DNA of 64,000 nt from an uncultured Acidobacteriota bacterium (GTDB lineage Bacteria > Acidobacteriota > UBA6911 > RPQK01 > JAPXNP01). The stretch's first letter is position 1, and each line of letters starts with the position of its first letter. The notes beneath the pieces were generated by a model that ran no database searches, was not told the DNA's origin, and saw only the letters and a list, made by a program, of their open reading frames with translations. The position numbers and the translations under genes are program-made. This document shows positions 1 through 9,586 of the stretch, piece after piece. The stretch covers positions 160,001 through 224,000 of the forward strand of contig CAVZRV010000010.1 of assembly GCA_963777605.1 (NCBI GenBank), given 5' to 3'.

Positions 1-102
1 TTCAGCAAAAACGGCCCGCATTTCTTCGAAATTGCGATTTTCCCACGCCCGGGCGTGACGTCGATGAAATTCCAGCAACGCCTCTCTCGGATTGTTCCGC
101 AT
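1..102 (-). CDS. N-terminus of a probable NTF2/SnoaL-like (DUF4440-type) protein; runs off the window edge
   Basis: Manual translation from ATG at 102: MRNNPREALLEFHRRHARAWENRNFEEMRAVFAE, resembling the first helices of NTF2-like proteins; TG-C-TATTAT lies 10 nt upstream. Confidence 0.5.
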   Translation of the reverse strand, partial: MRNNPREALLEFHRRHARAWENRNFEEMRAVFAE

Positions 103-187
103 GTAGAGAAGGATAATAGCAGACGGCTCTGTCGATCCCAACGAACAGAGCCAACTCGATCTCAATCCGGGCGACCGGGAGCCGCCA

Positions 188-1276
188 CTAACCCATCCGG
201 TCGATTACGCAATCGACCATTTCCCGGGTCCCGACGATGCGCGTGCCCGGTTCGGCAATATCGCCCGTTCGAATGCCGTCGGCGAGTACGTGCGAGATCG
301 CGTCTTCAATCACCCGTCCGATGTCGTCACGATCGAGGGAGTACCGGAACAGGAGTGCCACGGAAGCAATCGTCGCCAGAGGGTTGGCCTTGTCCTGGCC
401 GGCGATGTCTGGCGCCGAGCCGTGGACCGGTTCGTACATTCCAACTCTTCCCTCGCCTTCCACGGCCGCCCCGAGGCTTGCCGAAGGCAGCATCCCGATC
501 GAACCGGTCAGCATCGCCGCCTCGTCGCTCAGGATGTCACCGAACATGTTGCTGGTTAACAGAACATCGAACGACTTCGGGCGAGCCACTAACTGCATCG
601 CACAATTGTCGATCAGGATGTGGTCGAGTTTGACGTCGGCATAATCCTCGCTGACCTCATCGACGACTGCACGCCAGAGCTGGGAACTCTCGAGGACATT
701 CGACTTGTCCACGCTCGTCAACCGCCCATCCCGCATCTGGGCGGCTTCGAACGCCACCCGGGCAATTCGCTCGACTTCGTAGTCGTGGTAGACCTCGGAG
801 TTGAAACCTACCCGTCCGTCAGAGTGAGTCTCGATCCCCCGCGGTTCTCCAAAGTAGATTCCACCGGTCAATTCCCGAACGATCAGAATGTCCACTCCTT
901 CGATCACCGAACGTTTCAGGGTAGAGGCCTCCACCAGCTGTTCGTAGACCTTGATCGGGCGCAAATTGGCGAAGAGCTTCAGTTCCTTGCGGAGGCCGAG
1001 CAGGGCCTTCTCCGGACGCTCGTGAGCCGGCGCCTTGTCAAAACGGGGATCGCCAACCGCCCCGAGAAGAACGATCTTTGATTCGAGGCAGGCCTCAAGG
1101 ACCTCGCGAGGAAGGGGCTCGCCGCATTCATCGATTGCGACGCCACCAACCTTGTGCTCCTCCAGATCCAGGTCAACGCCAAAACGGGAGGCGCAGGCCT
1201 CCAGAACCGCTACGGCACCCGCCGTCACCTCTTTGCCGATACCATCGCCGGGAAGCACGATCACCTTTTGCGCCAT
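188..1276 (-). CDS. leuB: 3-isopropylmalate dehydrogenase
   Basis: LPGDGIG, LFANLRP, VDKSNVL, NMFGDILSDEA and YEPVHGSAPDIAG motifs; start moved to ATG 1276, which follows GGAGG. Confidence 0.97.
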   Translation of the reverse strand: MAQKVIVLPGDGIGKEVTAGAVAVLEACASRFGVDLDLEEHKVGGVAIDECGEPLPREVLEACLESKIVLLGAVGDPRFDKAPAHERPEKALLGLRKELKLFANLRPIKVYEQLVEASTLKRSVIEGVDILIVRELTGGIYFGEPRGIETHSDGRVGFNSEVYHDYEVERIARVAFEAAQMRDGRLTSVDKSNVLESSQLWRAVVDEVSEDYADVKLDHILIDNCAMQLVARPKSFDVLLTSNMFGDILSDEAAMLTGSIGMLPSASLGAAVEGEGRVGMYEPVHGSAPDIAGQDKANPLATIASVALLFRYSLDRDDIGRVIEDAISHVLADGIRTGDIAEPGTRIVGTREMVDCVIDRMG

Positions 1277-1361
1277 TGAGTCAGATCCTCCGAGAAATAC
1301 AGTTACCCAGGCCAGCCGCTCTACCCAACTGCCGGAAAACCAAAAGGCTACTCGAAAGTGC

Positions 1362-2453
1362 CTACGGCTGCAATTCGACGATCGGCTCGCCACCCAGGTT
1401 CAAGGTGGAAACCTGGGCCGCCAGCGCCTTCGCCATGTCATTGAAGGCTTGAGCCGCACTGCTTTCCGGCTGATCGAGCACGATCGGACGTCCGCTGTCG
1501 CCCCCGACCCGAATACCGAGTTCCAGTGGGATTCGACCCAGGAACGGCACCCGGTACTTCTCCGCGGTTCGTTCTCCCCCTCCATGGCTGAAAATGTCGG
1601 TCCGCTCGGAACAATGCGGGCAGATAAAGTAGCTCATGTTCTCAACGATACCGAGCACATTTACCTGCACCTGCTTGAACATCATGATCCCCTTGCGGGC
1701 GTCCGACAGGGCGACGTCCTGCGGTGTCGTGACCACCAACCCGCCCGTCAGCGGAACCGATTGAACCATCGTCAACTGAACGTCACCAGTGCCGGGTGGC
1801 AGGTCGGCAATCAGATAATCGAGCGTCCCCCACTTGACCTGGTACAGGAACTGCTGAATGACGTTGTGCAGCATTGGCCCGCGCCAAATCAGCGGGGTGT
1901 CGTCTTCGGCCAGGACGCCCATCGACATAACTTTGAGTCCGTGGGCTTCCATCGGCAGAAGCATCTTTCCTTCCGCCATCGGCTGCCCCTTCAAACCCAG
2001 CATGATCGGGATGTTGGGCCCGTAGACATCGCAGTCGAGAAGCCCGACTCGCGCACCAAGTGAGGCGAGGGCGCAAGCCAGGTTGACCGACACCGTTGAC
2101 TTGCCAACGCCTCCCTTGCCGCTGGTCACGGCAATGATGTTGGAGACCCCGTCAACGGCCCGCTTGGTTTCCTGGACCCGCTGCTTCGGGACGGCGGCAT
2201 CCATGGTCACATCGACCCGGCCCACACCCGGGATACCTTCCACGGCAGAACGGGCCTGTCCTTCCAGTTGATCGCGAACCGGGCAGGCCGGTGTCGTCAG
2301 CACGAAACGAAACGCCACATCGCTCCCCTTGATCGTCAAGTCCCGGATCATTCCCAGGGAAACAATGTCTTTCTTGAGATCCGGATCAAGGACTGTTCTG
2401 AGGGCATCCAAGACCCGGGCTTCGGTTATCCCGTCGACAGGAGGAAGACTCAT
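1362..2453 (-). CDS. apbC: Mrp/NBP35 family Fe-S cluster carrier ATPase with N-terminal DUF59 domain
   Basis: SGKGGVGKS, DCDVYGP, WRGPM, DLPPGTGD, ENMS and CPHC motifs; N-terminal DPDL...TTPACP. Confidence 0.95.
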   Translation of the reverse strand: MSLPPVDGITEARVLDALRTVLDPDLKKDIVSLGMIRDLTIKGSDVAFRFVLTTPACPVRDQLEGQARSAVEGIPGVGRVDVTMDAAVPKQRVQETKRAVDGVSNIIAVTSGKGGVGKSTVSVNLACALASLGARVGLLDCDVYGPNIPIMLGLKGQPMAEGKMLLPMEAHGLKVMSMGVLAEDDTPLIWRGPMLHNVIQQFLYQVKWGTLDYLIADLPPGTGDVQLTMVQSVPLTGGLVVTTPQDVALSDARKGIMMFKQVQVNVLGIVENMSYFICPHCSERTDIFSHGGGERTAEKYRVPFLGRIPLELGIRVGGDSGRPIVLDQPESSAAQAFNDMAKALAAQVSTLNLGGEPIVELQP

Positions 2454-2628
2454 TCTTAATCCACCTTTGCTGGAGTAAACAACTATCGTCAGACTCGAGT
2501 CAGCCCGGAGTTCTGAGATCCCGGCACCCGAGAACCTCCAGATTACCAATTAAATCCGTTTCAGGGTACGAGGCCGTCCGCAGGCCACGTTCAGATGGGC
2601 TTGGAACGGGATCAGGCAAGCGCCCGCA

Positions 2629-2637
2629 TGCTATACT
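2629..2637 (+). promoter_or_regulatory. Extended -10 promoter element upstream of apgM
   Basis: TG-C-TATACT in the divergent mrp/apgM spacer. Confidence 0.45.
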
Positions 2638-2721
2638 TCGAGCTGTCAGTTGGGGCAATTTTCACCGCGTTTGAGTTCATCGGGAATGTCATCCTGGTGA
2701 TTCTGGAGAGGAGCAAATCAC

Positions 2722-3933
2722 GTGAGCAGCTATCCTGGCCTCATCGAAAGTCTAGCGACTGAGAACAATTCCAAGATCGTGTTTTTTATCATGGATGGCC
2801 TCGGCGGTCTTCAGATTGACGAGAGCGGTCTGACGGAACTTCAGACAGCACGGACGCCGAACCTTGACGGTCTCGCGGCGAAGTCCTCCTGCGGCCTCAT
2901 CCTTCCAATCACATATGGTGTTACCACGGGAAGCGGTCCCGGCCACTTTGCTCTTTTCGGATATGACCCGGTTGAGAACAATGTCGGCCGGGGAGTCCTC
3001 GAAGCCGCCGGAATCGGTTTCGACCTCACCGACCGCGACGTGGCGGTGCGGGGGAATTTCGCCACCGTCGACGGCGACGGAAACATCACCGACAGGCGGG
3101 CCGGCAGATTGCCGACCGAAGAGAACCGCCGCATCTGCCAGAGGATGCAGGACGGAATCAAGATTCCCGGAGTGGAACTCTTTGTCCAAACCGTCAAAGA
3201 ACACCGTCTTCTGGTCGTTTTTCGCGGAAACGGACTGAATGGCGATATCGCAGACACCGATCCTCAAACTACGGGTGTACCTCCGCTTGCGCCCCAGGCC
3301 ACTTCGCCGGATGCCGATAAGACCGTCGAAATTGTTAAGGAGTTCGTCAACCAGGCCGCCCGCCTGCTCTCCGATGAAAAGCAGGCCAACATGGTGACCC
3401 TGCGGGGATTCGCCAAGCACAAGCCGTACGCAAGCCTTGAAGAGCGTTTCAAGCTGCGATCTCTCTGCCTGGCGAACTACCCAATGTACCGAGGTGTGTC
3501 GTTGCTGATCGGAATGGACATCCATCCCGTCCTCCCCGACTTCCCTTCTCAGATCGACGACATGAAGAGAGCCTGGAACGACTACGACTTCTTCTTCATC
3601 CACGCAAAAACGACCGACAAGACCGGGGAGGATGGAGACTTCAAGGCCAAGGTTGCCGCCATCGAAGAACTGGATAAATACGTGCCGCGGGTCCTGGAAC
3701 TGAACCCGGACGTTCTCGTGATCACCGGTGACCATTCCACTCCGGCCGCCTTGCGCAGCCACAGCTGGCACCCGGTTCCGGTATTGCTCCACTCGCGCTA
3801 CGCGCGGCGGGGTCTGGCCGAACAGTTTAACGAGGTTGCCTGTCTCAGCGGCGCCCTCGGTCAGCTTCCCGCCAAGGAATTAATGCCGCTGGCACTCGCG
3901 CACGCCGAGCGTTTGAAGAAGTTCGGAGCCTGA
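2722..3933 (+). CDS. apgM: 2,3-bisphosphoglycerate-independent phosphoglycerate mutase (ApgM type)
   Basis: MDGLGG, TPNLD, GSGPGH, GRG.LEA, DRRAGR, TGDHSTP and HSWHPVP motifs; GAGGAG RBS. Confidence 0.93.
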   Translation: MSSYPGLIESLATENNSKIVFFIMDGLGGLQIDESGLTELQTARTPNLDGLAAKSSCGLILPITYGVTTGSGPGHFALFGYDPVENNVGRGVLEAAGIGFDLTDRDVAVRGNFATVDGDGNITDRRAGRLPTEENRRICQRMQDGIKIPGVELFVQTVKEHRLLVVFRGNGLNGDIADTDPQTTGVPPLAPQATSPDADKTVEIVKEFVNQAARLLSDEKQANMVTLRGFAKHKPYASLEERFKLRSLCLANYPMYRGVSLLIGMDIHPVLPDFPSQIDDMKRAWNDYDFFFIHAKTTDKTGEDGDFKAKVAAIEELDKYVPRVLELNPDVLVITGDHSTPAALRSHSWHPVPVLLHSRYARRGLAEQFNEVACLSGALGQLPAKELMPLALAHAERLKKFGA

Positions 3934-3946
3934 TGGGAACGGGCCA

Positions 3947-4795
3947 CTAGCGCTTGAAGACAACGTTCAGCTTCAGTTCAGCCTCCGCGAGTTCGTTCTC
4001 TGAGATTGCCGGAAGGAAAACCCAGGAATTCTGTACGGTCTGGAGGGCGATCTGGTCGAGCTTATCCTCGATCCCCTCGAGCAGGTGGACATCGCGAAGG
4101 CCACCTGCTTTAGTGATCGTAGCCTGCACCCGCACGACCACGGGATCACGCAGTTGCTGTGCCGATGACGGGAGGCGGGGCTGCGGAGTCGCCAGAGCGA
4201 CCGGAGGCACGACTTTCACTTCCGGGAAAAAGGACTCGAACTCGGCGGACTCGGCAGTCCCATCAAAGACCAGGCTCCCGTAGCCTCTCATGAATCCCGC
4301 GGCCTCGATGGCACTCTTTCGATCCTTCCTGGCGAGGTCGATCTGCCCAATGCGGGATGCCATCAGCTCGAAATCACGTGCATTCATCGGTTCCAGCTCG
4401 AGGATGCGGCCACCCACCGAGATCAGGACCCTGGCAATCGGACTCTTGGCGTCAAACTTCCCGGCAATGACGTAGCCTTCGAACTGTGCGGGCCTGATCA
4501 GCTTGGTGACTTCGAAGATGTGAGTGGGATCGGGCGGGTTTTCGAGACGAAAGAGGTGACCTCGGAAGACTGTGCCGGCGTCGTCGAGCAGCACGATGTT
4601 GTAAGCAGCCAGAATCTCGAAACTGTCACCAAGGTTGATGTAATTGAGAACAATGCTCGAATCGTCCGCGGTTTCAACCGTGACAATGCGTTGATCTGAG
4701 AGATAGAGGAACTGTCCGGGTTCGGCGGCAACCCACCGGGCGGCCAGTGACAAAATTGAAATCCAGAGGGCAAATCTCATAACTCGCTCGTACAA
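3947..4795 (-). CDS. Exported protein with C-terminal TonB_C-like domain
   Basis: Signal peptide; C-terminal PPV..TPQP...VRVQATIT..G.LRDV...LDQIALQTV..W.F.PA pattern; start may be ATG 4780. Confidence 0.6.
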   Translation of the reverse strand: MYERVMRFALWISILSLAARWVAAEPGQFLYLSDQRIVTVETADDSSIVLNYINLGDSFEILAAYNIVLLDDAGTVFRGHLFRLENPPDPTHIFEVTKLIRPAQFEGYVIAGKFDAKSPIARVLISVGGRILELEPMNARDFELMASRIGQIDLARKDRKSAIEAAGFMRGYGSLVFDGTAESAEFESFFPEVKVVPPVALATPQPRLPSSAQQLRDPVVVRVQATITKAGGLRDVHLLEGIEDKLDQIALQTVQNSWVFLPAISENELAEAELKLNVVFKR

Positions 4796-4866
4796 GAAGA
4801 TTCTACCTCAACCCGTTGGCACCCAGGTTCTGGTCACCCAGGCGGATCTCCGTCAATCTGCAACCT

Positions 4867-4894
4867 TGAACCCTGCAACGAGATCTTACGTCTT
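4867..4894 (+). promoter_or_regulatory. Putative ECF sigma factor promoter
   Basis: TGAAC-N17-CGTCTT upstream of the 4918 start. Confidence 0.35.
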
Positions 4895-4917
4895 AAGAGC
4901 AGAACGGTAAGGTATTT

Positions 4918-6819
4918 ATGTCAATGATCCGGTACAGTGTTTCCTGGGTGGCCGTCCTGATCGCGGTGGTAGTCTCCGCGGCCGGGGCCCCCGCCCAGAC
5001 ATCCCAGGATTACCGCTTTCCGTATCAGCCCGGCGACAGCCTCGTCGTTCAGAATGATTTCGGCCGGGTCCGCATCGAAGCCTGGGAGCAGCCGGAAGTC
5101 CAAATCACGGTTCGGGCCTTCGCCAACGAGGAGTCCCGAATCCGGAACGTCAGCGTCAACTGCCAGAAGGTCTCCACTCGAATCTTCGCCCAGGCATACT
5201 TTTACGACTACTCCGCCGAATCGGTATATATCGACGTTCGCGCTCCCAACACTCTCGATCTCGTCATCTGGGGTGCAAATCCCGCGGTTGAGATCACCGG
5301 TATGAGTGGGTGGGCACGGGCGCACACGATGACGGGTTTCATCTCCGCCCGCGATCTTACCGGCTCGAGCTCCCTGCTGACCGAGAGCGGAGACATCTCG
5401 TTCAACCAGAGTGTCCAGCCGGTCGCCGACATACGCCTCGAGTCGATCCAGGGCAATGTCGTTTGCCACCTGGCAGAAGGACTCAATCTTCGCGGCTGGC
5501 TGAGAGCGGGGCGAAAGGCATCCTGGAACGGCGAAATGGAGCTGCTGCAAGGCGCGCTGGAGCGCCAACTTGGCGTCGGAGGACCAGTTTTCCTGGCTGC
5601 CAGCTCGGAGGGTAACGTCCTGGTCCGAATCGACGCGGCAAGTGCTGCTTCGACTCCGCCCGCGACGGCTCCACCGACAAGGTCTGCTTCGGAGGTCCGT
5701 TCCGATAACAGCACTAAGGCGCCGGTTCGGTACGAACCCCCAGCCGGGCAGACGCAAGAGCCCTCCCGGAGCGACAACGCCTATCCCGACTACGCCCCGC
5801 CACCCGCGACGACGCACCCCCCCAACCTGGGCACGGTGGACACAGCCGGGACCTACTCCCTCAAGGTCGCCGTGGACTGGGTCTATGTCCACGCATCCGT
5901 CCGGGACCGGTACAACAATCGGGCCGTCCCTGACCTGACGCGCGGCGATTTCGAGGTCCTGGAAGACGGCCGGCACCAGGAGATCGAGCAGTTCGATTCG
6001 ACCGAGGCCCCGTTCTCCCTGCTGCTCCTCCTCGATGTCAGCGGAAGCACCAAGTCCTATCTCCGGATGATCCAGGAGGCTTCAATCCAGTTCACCCAAT
6101 TGATTAAGCCCTCCGACCGGATTGCCGTGGCCAGCTTCAATTCGCGCACCCGTCTTCACCAGGAGTTCACTAACGACCGCCAGCAGGTAGCCCAGGCCAT
6201 ACACCAGCTTCGATCGGGCGGGGGTACCGCCTTCTACGATGCACTTGACGAGTCGATAAGCCGGTACATGGACGGTGTGGAAGGGCGTAAAGCGATCGTG
6301 GTCTTTACAGATGGAGTCGACAATCGGCTCACGGGAGACTTCTCGGAAGGTTCAGCGATCGGGTTCCAGGACTTGTACCGGGAGATCCAGGAGGAAGACA
6401 CCCTGATCTACACGATCTTTCTCGATACGGAAGGGACCGCCGGAAATATGCCCTCTCCCCGGCGACGCAACTCGATCGGGGGAATACTGGGCGACATCAT
6501 TCTCGGCCCGGGCGGTAGCGGCGGTGGGATGGGCATTCCCGGCGGATCGGGTTCGGCCTACGAGGAGGCTCGCCGCGAGCTGGAAGAAATCGCAGAACAG
6601 ACCGGGGGACGAATGTACGCGCCCCGCTCGATTAACGATCTAGGAACGGTCTATCAGGAGGTTGCAAACGACCTCAGGGTTCAATACACCCTTGGCTATC
6701 ACTCCCAAGGTTCCCCAACTGCCGACCGATGGCACAAAATCGAAGTCCGCGTCACTGGGCACCCGGACCTTTCTGTTCGGGCTCGTCGGGGCTACTATGT
6801 CGGGCACAGCCGCCCATAG
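4918..6819 (+). CDS. Secreted VWA-domain protein (VWFA-related Acidobacterial type) with N-terminal DUF4097-like beta-repeat domain
   Basis: Signal peptide; beta-repeat region (G.V.I..W, T..G.I, S..G.V); Pro/Thr linker; MIDAS DVSGS, T.FYDA and FTDG; ends in VRARRGYY. Confidence 0.85.
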   Translation: MSMIRYSVSWVAVLIAVVVSAAGAPAQTSQDYRFPYQPGDSLVVQNDFGRVRIEAWEQPEVQITVRAFANEESRIRNVSVNCQKVSTRIFAQAYFYDYSAESVYIDVRAPNTLDLVIWGANPAVEITGMSGWARAHTMTGFISARDLTGSSSLLTESGDISFNQSVQPVADIRLESIQGNVVCHLAEGLNLRGWLRAGRKASWNGEMELLQGALERQLGVGGPVFLAASSEGNVLVRIDAASAASTPPATAPPTRSASEVRSDNSTKAPVRYEPPAGQTQEPSRSDNAYPDYAPPPATTHPPNLGTVDTAGTYSLKVAVDWVYVHASVRDRYNNRAVPDLTRGDFEVLEDGRHQEIEQFDSTEAPFSLLLLLDVSGSTKSYLRMIQEASIQFTQLIKPSDRIAVASFNSRTRLHQEFTNDRQQVAQAIHQLRSGGGTAFYDALDESISRYMDGVEGRKAIVVFTDGVDNRLTGDFSEGSAIGFQDLYREIQEEDTLIYTIFLDTEGTAGNMPSPRRRNSIGGILGDIILGPGGSGGGMGIPGGSGSAYEEARRELEEIAEQTGGRMYAPRSINDLGTVYQEVANDLRVQYTLGYHSQGSPTADRWHKIEVRVTGHPDLSVRARRGYYVGHSRP

Positions 6820-6846
6820 CTCCCGCCGGCTCCGGAGGATAACGAT

Positions 6847-7785
6847 ATGACGAGCAACAGCGACGATCTGAAACGATTCAAAGACCCGCTTTTGGCGGAC
6901 CTCGACCAGTTCAAAGCGGACCGCCAGCGATCCCGCCCGAAACAGGCCACAGAGAAACAGCCGACTCGCGGCAACGGGGTTTTCATCCTCGGACTGCTTC
7001 TCCTGGTTTCCCTGGGTATCCTGGGTTACTACCTCTATCAGGCGCAAGCCAGGATCGAGAATCTTTCGAATGATCTATCGACCAACCAGGAACAGCTCGA
7101 AACGGTGAGTTCCAACCTGGAACAGTCGCGAAACCAAATCGAGACGCTGAACGACGGTCTCAACGACAGCAAGCAGCAGCTTCAATCCCAGCACGGTGAA
7201 CTGAACCGCTACAAGGGCCTCTACCAGAACATGAAGTCCGAGCAGGAGGTACAGACACGGGAACTTCAGGCGATCAACGTCCAGAAGGCAAACCAGTCTG
7301 AGGTCAACGATCTGAAAGGACAGACATCCGCCCTCGAACAGAAACTGGACGAAACGGGCACCCAGGTGGCAGCAGTCAAGGGGGACGTCTCCAGGCTGGA
7401 TTCCCGGACCCAGGAGCATCAGGTATCGATCTCCAAGAACCGGGAAGAAATCGCCGGCGTCAGCAGGGCTGCCAACCAGAACGCCACCGACATCGGGGAT
7501 ATTCGGCGATCCCTGGAGCGGGAGTACTACAACTTCGAACTCCAGGAAGGAAGCGGCTACATGAAGGTGTTCGACATCGCGCTGAGTCTCAAGGACACCG
7601 ACGCAACCAGGCGCCAGTTTGACATTTATGTCATGGCCGACAACAAGGTCATCCGCAAGAAAGACCAGCCGATCAACGAGCCGATCCTGTTCTACCTCGA
7701 GGGAAAAACGAAGCCCTACGAGGTCGTGGTCACCCGTGTGGACAAGAAGATGGTTGTGGGCTACCTGAGCGTTCCCAAGAGTTGA
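6847..7785 (+). CDS. Membrane-anchored long coiled-coil protein with C-terminal beta domain (hypothetical)
   Basis: GGAGG RBS; single TM (VFILGLLLLVSLGILGYYLY); heptad-rich Q/E/L region; beta-rich C-terminus ending VVGYLSVPK. Confidence 0.8.
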   Translation: MTSNSDDLKRFKDPLLADLDQFKADRQRSRPKQATEKQPTRGNGVFILGLLLLVSLGILGYYLYQAQARIENLSNDLSTNQEQLETVSSNLEQSRNQIETLNDGLNDSKQQLQSQHGELNRYKGLYQNMKSEQEVQTRELQAINVQKANQSEVNDLKGQTSALEQKLDETGTQVAAVKGDVSRLDSRTQEHQVSISKNREEIAGVSRAANQNATDIGDIRRSLEREYYNFELQEGSGYMKVFDIALSLKDTDATRRQFDIYVMADNKVIRKKDQPINEPILFYLEGKTKPYEVVVTRVDKKMVVGYLSVPKS

Positions 7786-7793
7786 TCTGCAAA

Positions 7794-7822
7794 TTGACAA
7801 GCCCAGTCAGCCTATCTATTCT
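7794..7822 (+). promoter_or_regulatory. Sigma-70 promoter of gcvT
   Basis: TTGACA-N17-TATTCT. Confidence 0.65.
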
Positions 7823-7869
7823 TCGACTGCGGGAAAACCACTCGAAACGCAGTGAAAGAAGGACCAGAT

Positions 7870-8952
7870 ATGGCACGCAGAACTCCTCTCTACCAGGTTC
7901 ATCTCGAGATGGGTGCGAGAATGATCGAGTTCGCCGGCTGGGAATTGCCGGTCCAGTATCACAGTGCGCTCGATGAGCACCACGCCGTCCGGCGGCGTGT
8001 GGGGGTCTTCGATGTCAGCCACATGGGCCAGTTCGAACTCACCGGTTCGGATGCCCTGGGCTTCACGCAGCGAATGACCTGCAACGACGTCAACCGCCTC
8101 AAAGATGGACAGGCCCAGTATTCGGCTTTCCTCACCGACCGCGGGACTTTCGTCGACGACATCGTGGTCTATCGCCTCGAGCCGGAACGGATCTTCATTT
8201 GTGTCAACGCCGCGACCCGGGAGAAGGACTTCGCCTGGCTGCAGAGTCACCTCACCGGATCGGTAACCCTGCGCGATCGAAGCGACAACTTTGCCCAAAT
8301 TGCCATACAGGGCCCAAAGGCCGAGGCCGTACTTGCCCGGTTAACCACGGTCGATCTTGCCGCGATTCCGTTCTACTGGTGCACTGAGGGTGAGGTGGCC
8401 GGGGTTCCGGCAATCGTCTCACGAACAGGCTATACCGGAGAAGCGGGTTTCGAACTCTACGTTCCTGGTGATCGGGCCGAAGCGGTCTGGAGGGCAGTTT
8501 TCGAGACTGGAGAGGAAGAAGGAATCGCCCCGGCGGGGCTGGCAGCTCGAAATACCTTGCGGCTCGAGATGAAGTACTCCCTTTACGGGAACGATATCGA
8601 CGAAACAACGACTCCCCTGGAAGCCGGTCTGGGATGGATCGTCAAGCTTGGAACCGGTTTCGTTGGGGAAGAAATCCTGGCTCGCCAGAAAGCGGAAGGA
8701 GTCTCCAGGAAACTGGTCGGATTCGAGCTCACCGATCGCGGAGTGGTTCGTGACGGGTTTCCGGTTCTCCTCGACGGTCAAACGGTTGGGAAGGTCACCA
8801 GTGGCGGTTTTTCACCTACCCTCGAGAAAAGTATCGGACTGGCTTACCTGCCCCCAGAGAATGCCCAACCCGGGCAGGCTATCGAGATTGAGATTCGAGG
8901 AAAGAAACGTCAGGCATCGGTCGTTAAGACCCCGTTTTTGAAGCGGCCCTGA
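7870..8952 (+). CDS. gcvT: Glycine cleavage system aminomethyltransferase T
   Basis: RTPLY, FAGWELPVQY, FDVSHMG, SRTGYTGE.GFE and ARNTLRLE motifs. Confidence 0.97.
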   Translation: MARRTPLYQVHLEMGARMIEFAGWELPVQYHSALDEHHAVRRRVGVFDVSHMGQFELTGSDALGFTQRMTCNDVNRLKDGQAQYSAFLTDRGTFVDDIVVYRLEPERIFICVNAATREKDFAWLQSHLTGSVTLRDRSDNFAQIAIQGPKAEAVLARLTTVDLAAIPFYWCTEGEVAGVPAIVSRTGYTGEAGFELYVPGDRAEAVWRAVFETGEEEGIAPAGLAARNTLRLEMKYSLYGNDIDETTTPLEAGLGWIVKLGTGFVGEEILARQKAEGVSRKLVGFELTDRGVVRDGFPVLLDGQTVGKVTSGGFSPTLEKSIGLAYLPPENAQPGQAIEIEIRGKKRQASVVKTPFLKRP

Positions 8953-9020
8953 GTGGTAAGCTAGAAGTCTGTCAGCGGTCAGAGGATCGTCAGTTAATCA
9001 GCCAAGGAGAAGTGCCAGCG

Positions 9021-9410
9021 ATGAAGATTCCAGCCGATTTACTCTACACCAGGGAACATGAGTGGGTGCTCGTTGACGGGGACACCGCGACGATCGGGAT
9101 TACGGATTTTGCTCAGCAGGAATTGGGTGACGTGGTCTATGTTGAGCTTCCCGAAAAGGGCGACTCTCTCGAGGTCGAGGAGAGTTTCGGCTCGGTAGAG
9201 TCGGTCAAGGCGGTCTCGGAGATCTACATGCCCCTTTCGGGCACCGTCCTCAAGATTAACAAGGGCTTGGTTGATGCCCCTGAGGTCACCAACCAGGACC
9301 CTTATGGGGATGGCTGGATGATCAAGATATCGATCGGCGACAGTGACCAGATCGATGAACTCATGTCCGCAGATGATTATGAGAAGTACCTGAGCGAGGA
9401 AGCCGATTAG
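9021..9410 (+). CDS. gcvH: Glycine cleavage system H protein
   Basis: HEW, GITDFAQ..LGDVVYV, lipoyl-lysine motif ESVKAVS, DPYG.GW. Confidence 0.97.
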   Translation: MKIPADLLYTREHEWVLVDGDTATIGITDFAQQELGDVVYVELPEKGDSLEVEESFGSVESVKAVSEIYMPLSGTVLKINKGLVDAPEVTNQDPYGDGWMIKISIGDSDQIDELMSADDYEKYLSEEAD

Positions 9411-9586
9411 CATACCTCACGGTGTTGCGGGAAGTGCGCGGCACCTCCCACCCGACGCCCCGAATTCCCGGAAGAATGAAACTCTTTCGGTGCGGGCGCC
9501 GTTTTACTTTTAAGAACGTGAGTGAGCACAACAGACCGGGCAGGCCGAATGCTGCCCCTACCTTCTCCGTGGGCTTTGATGAACCG

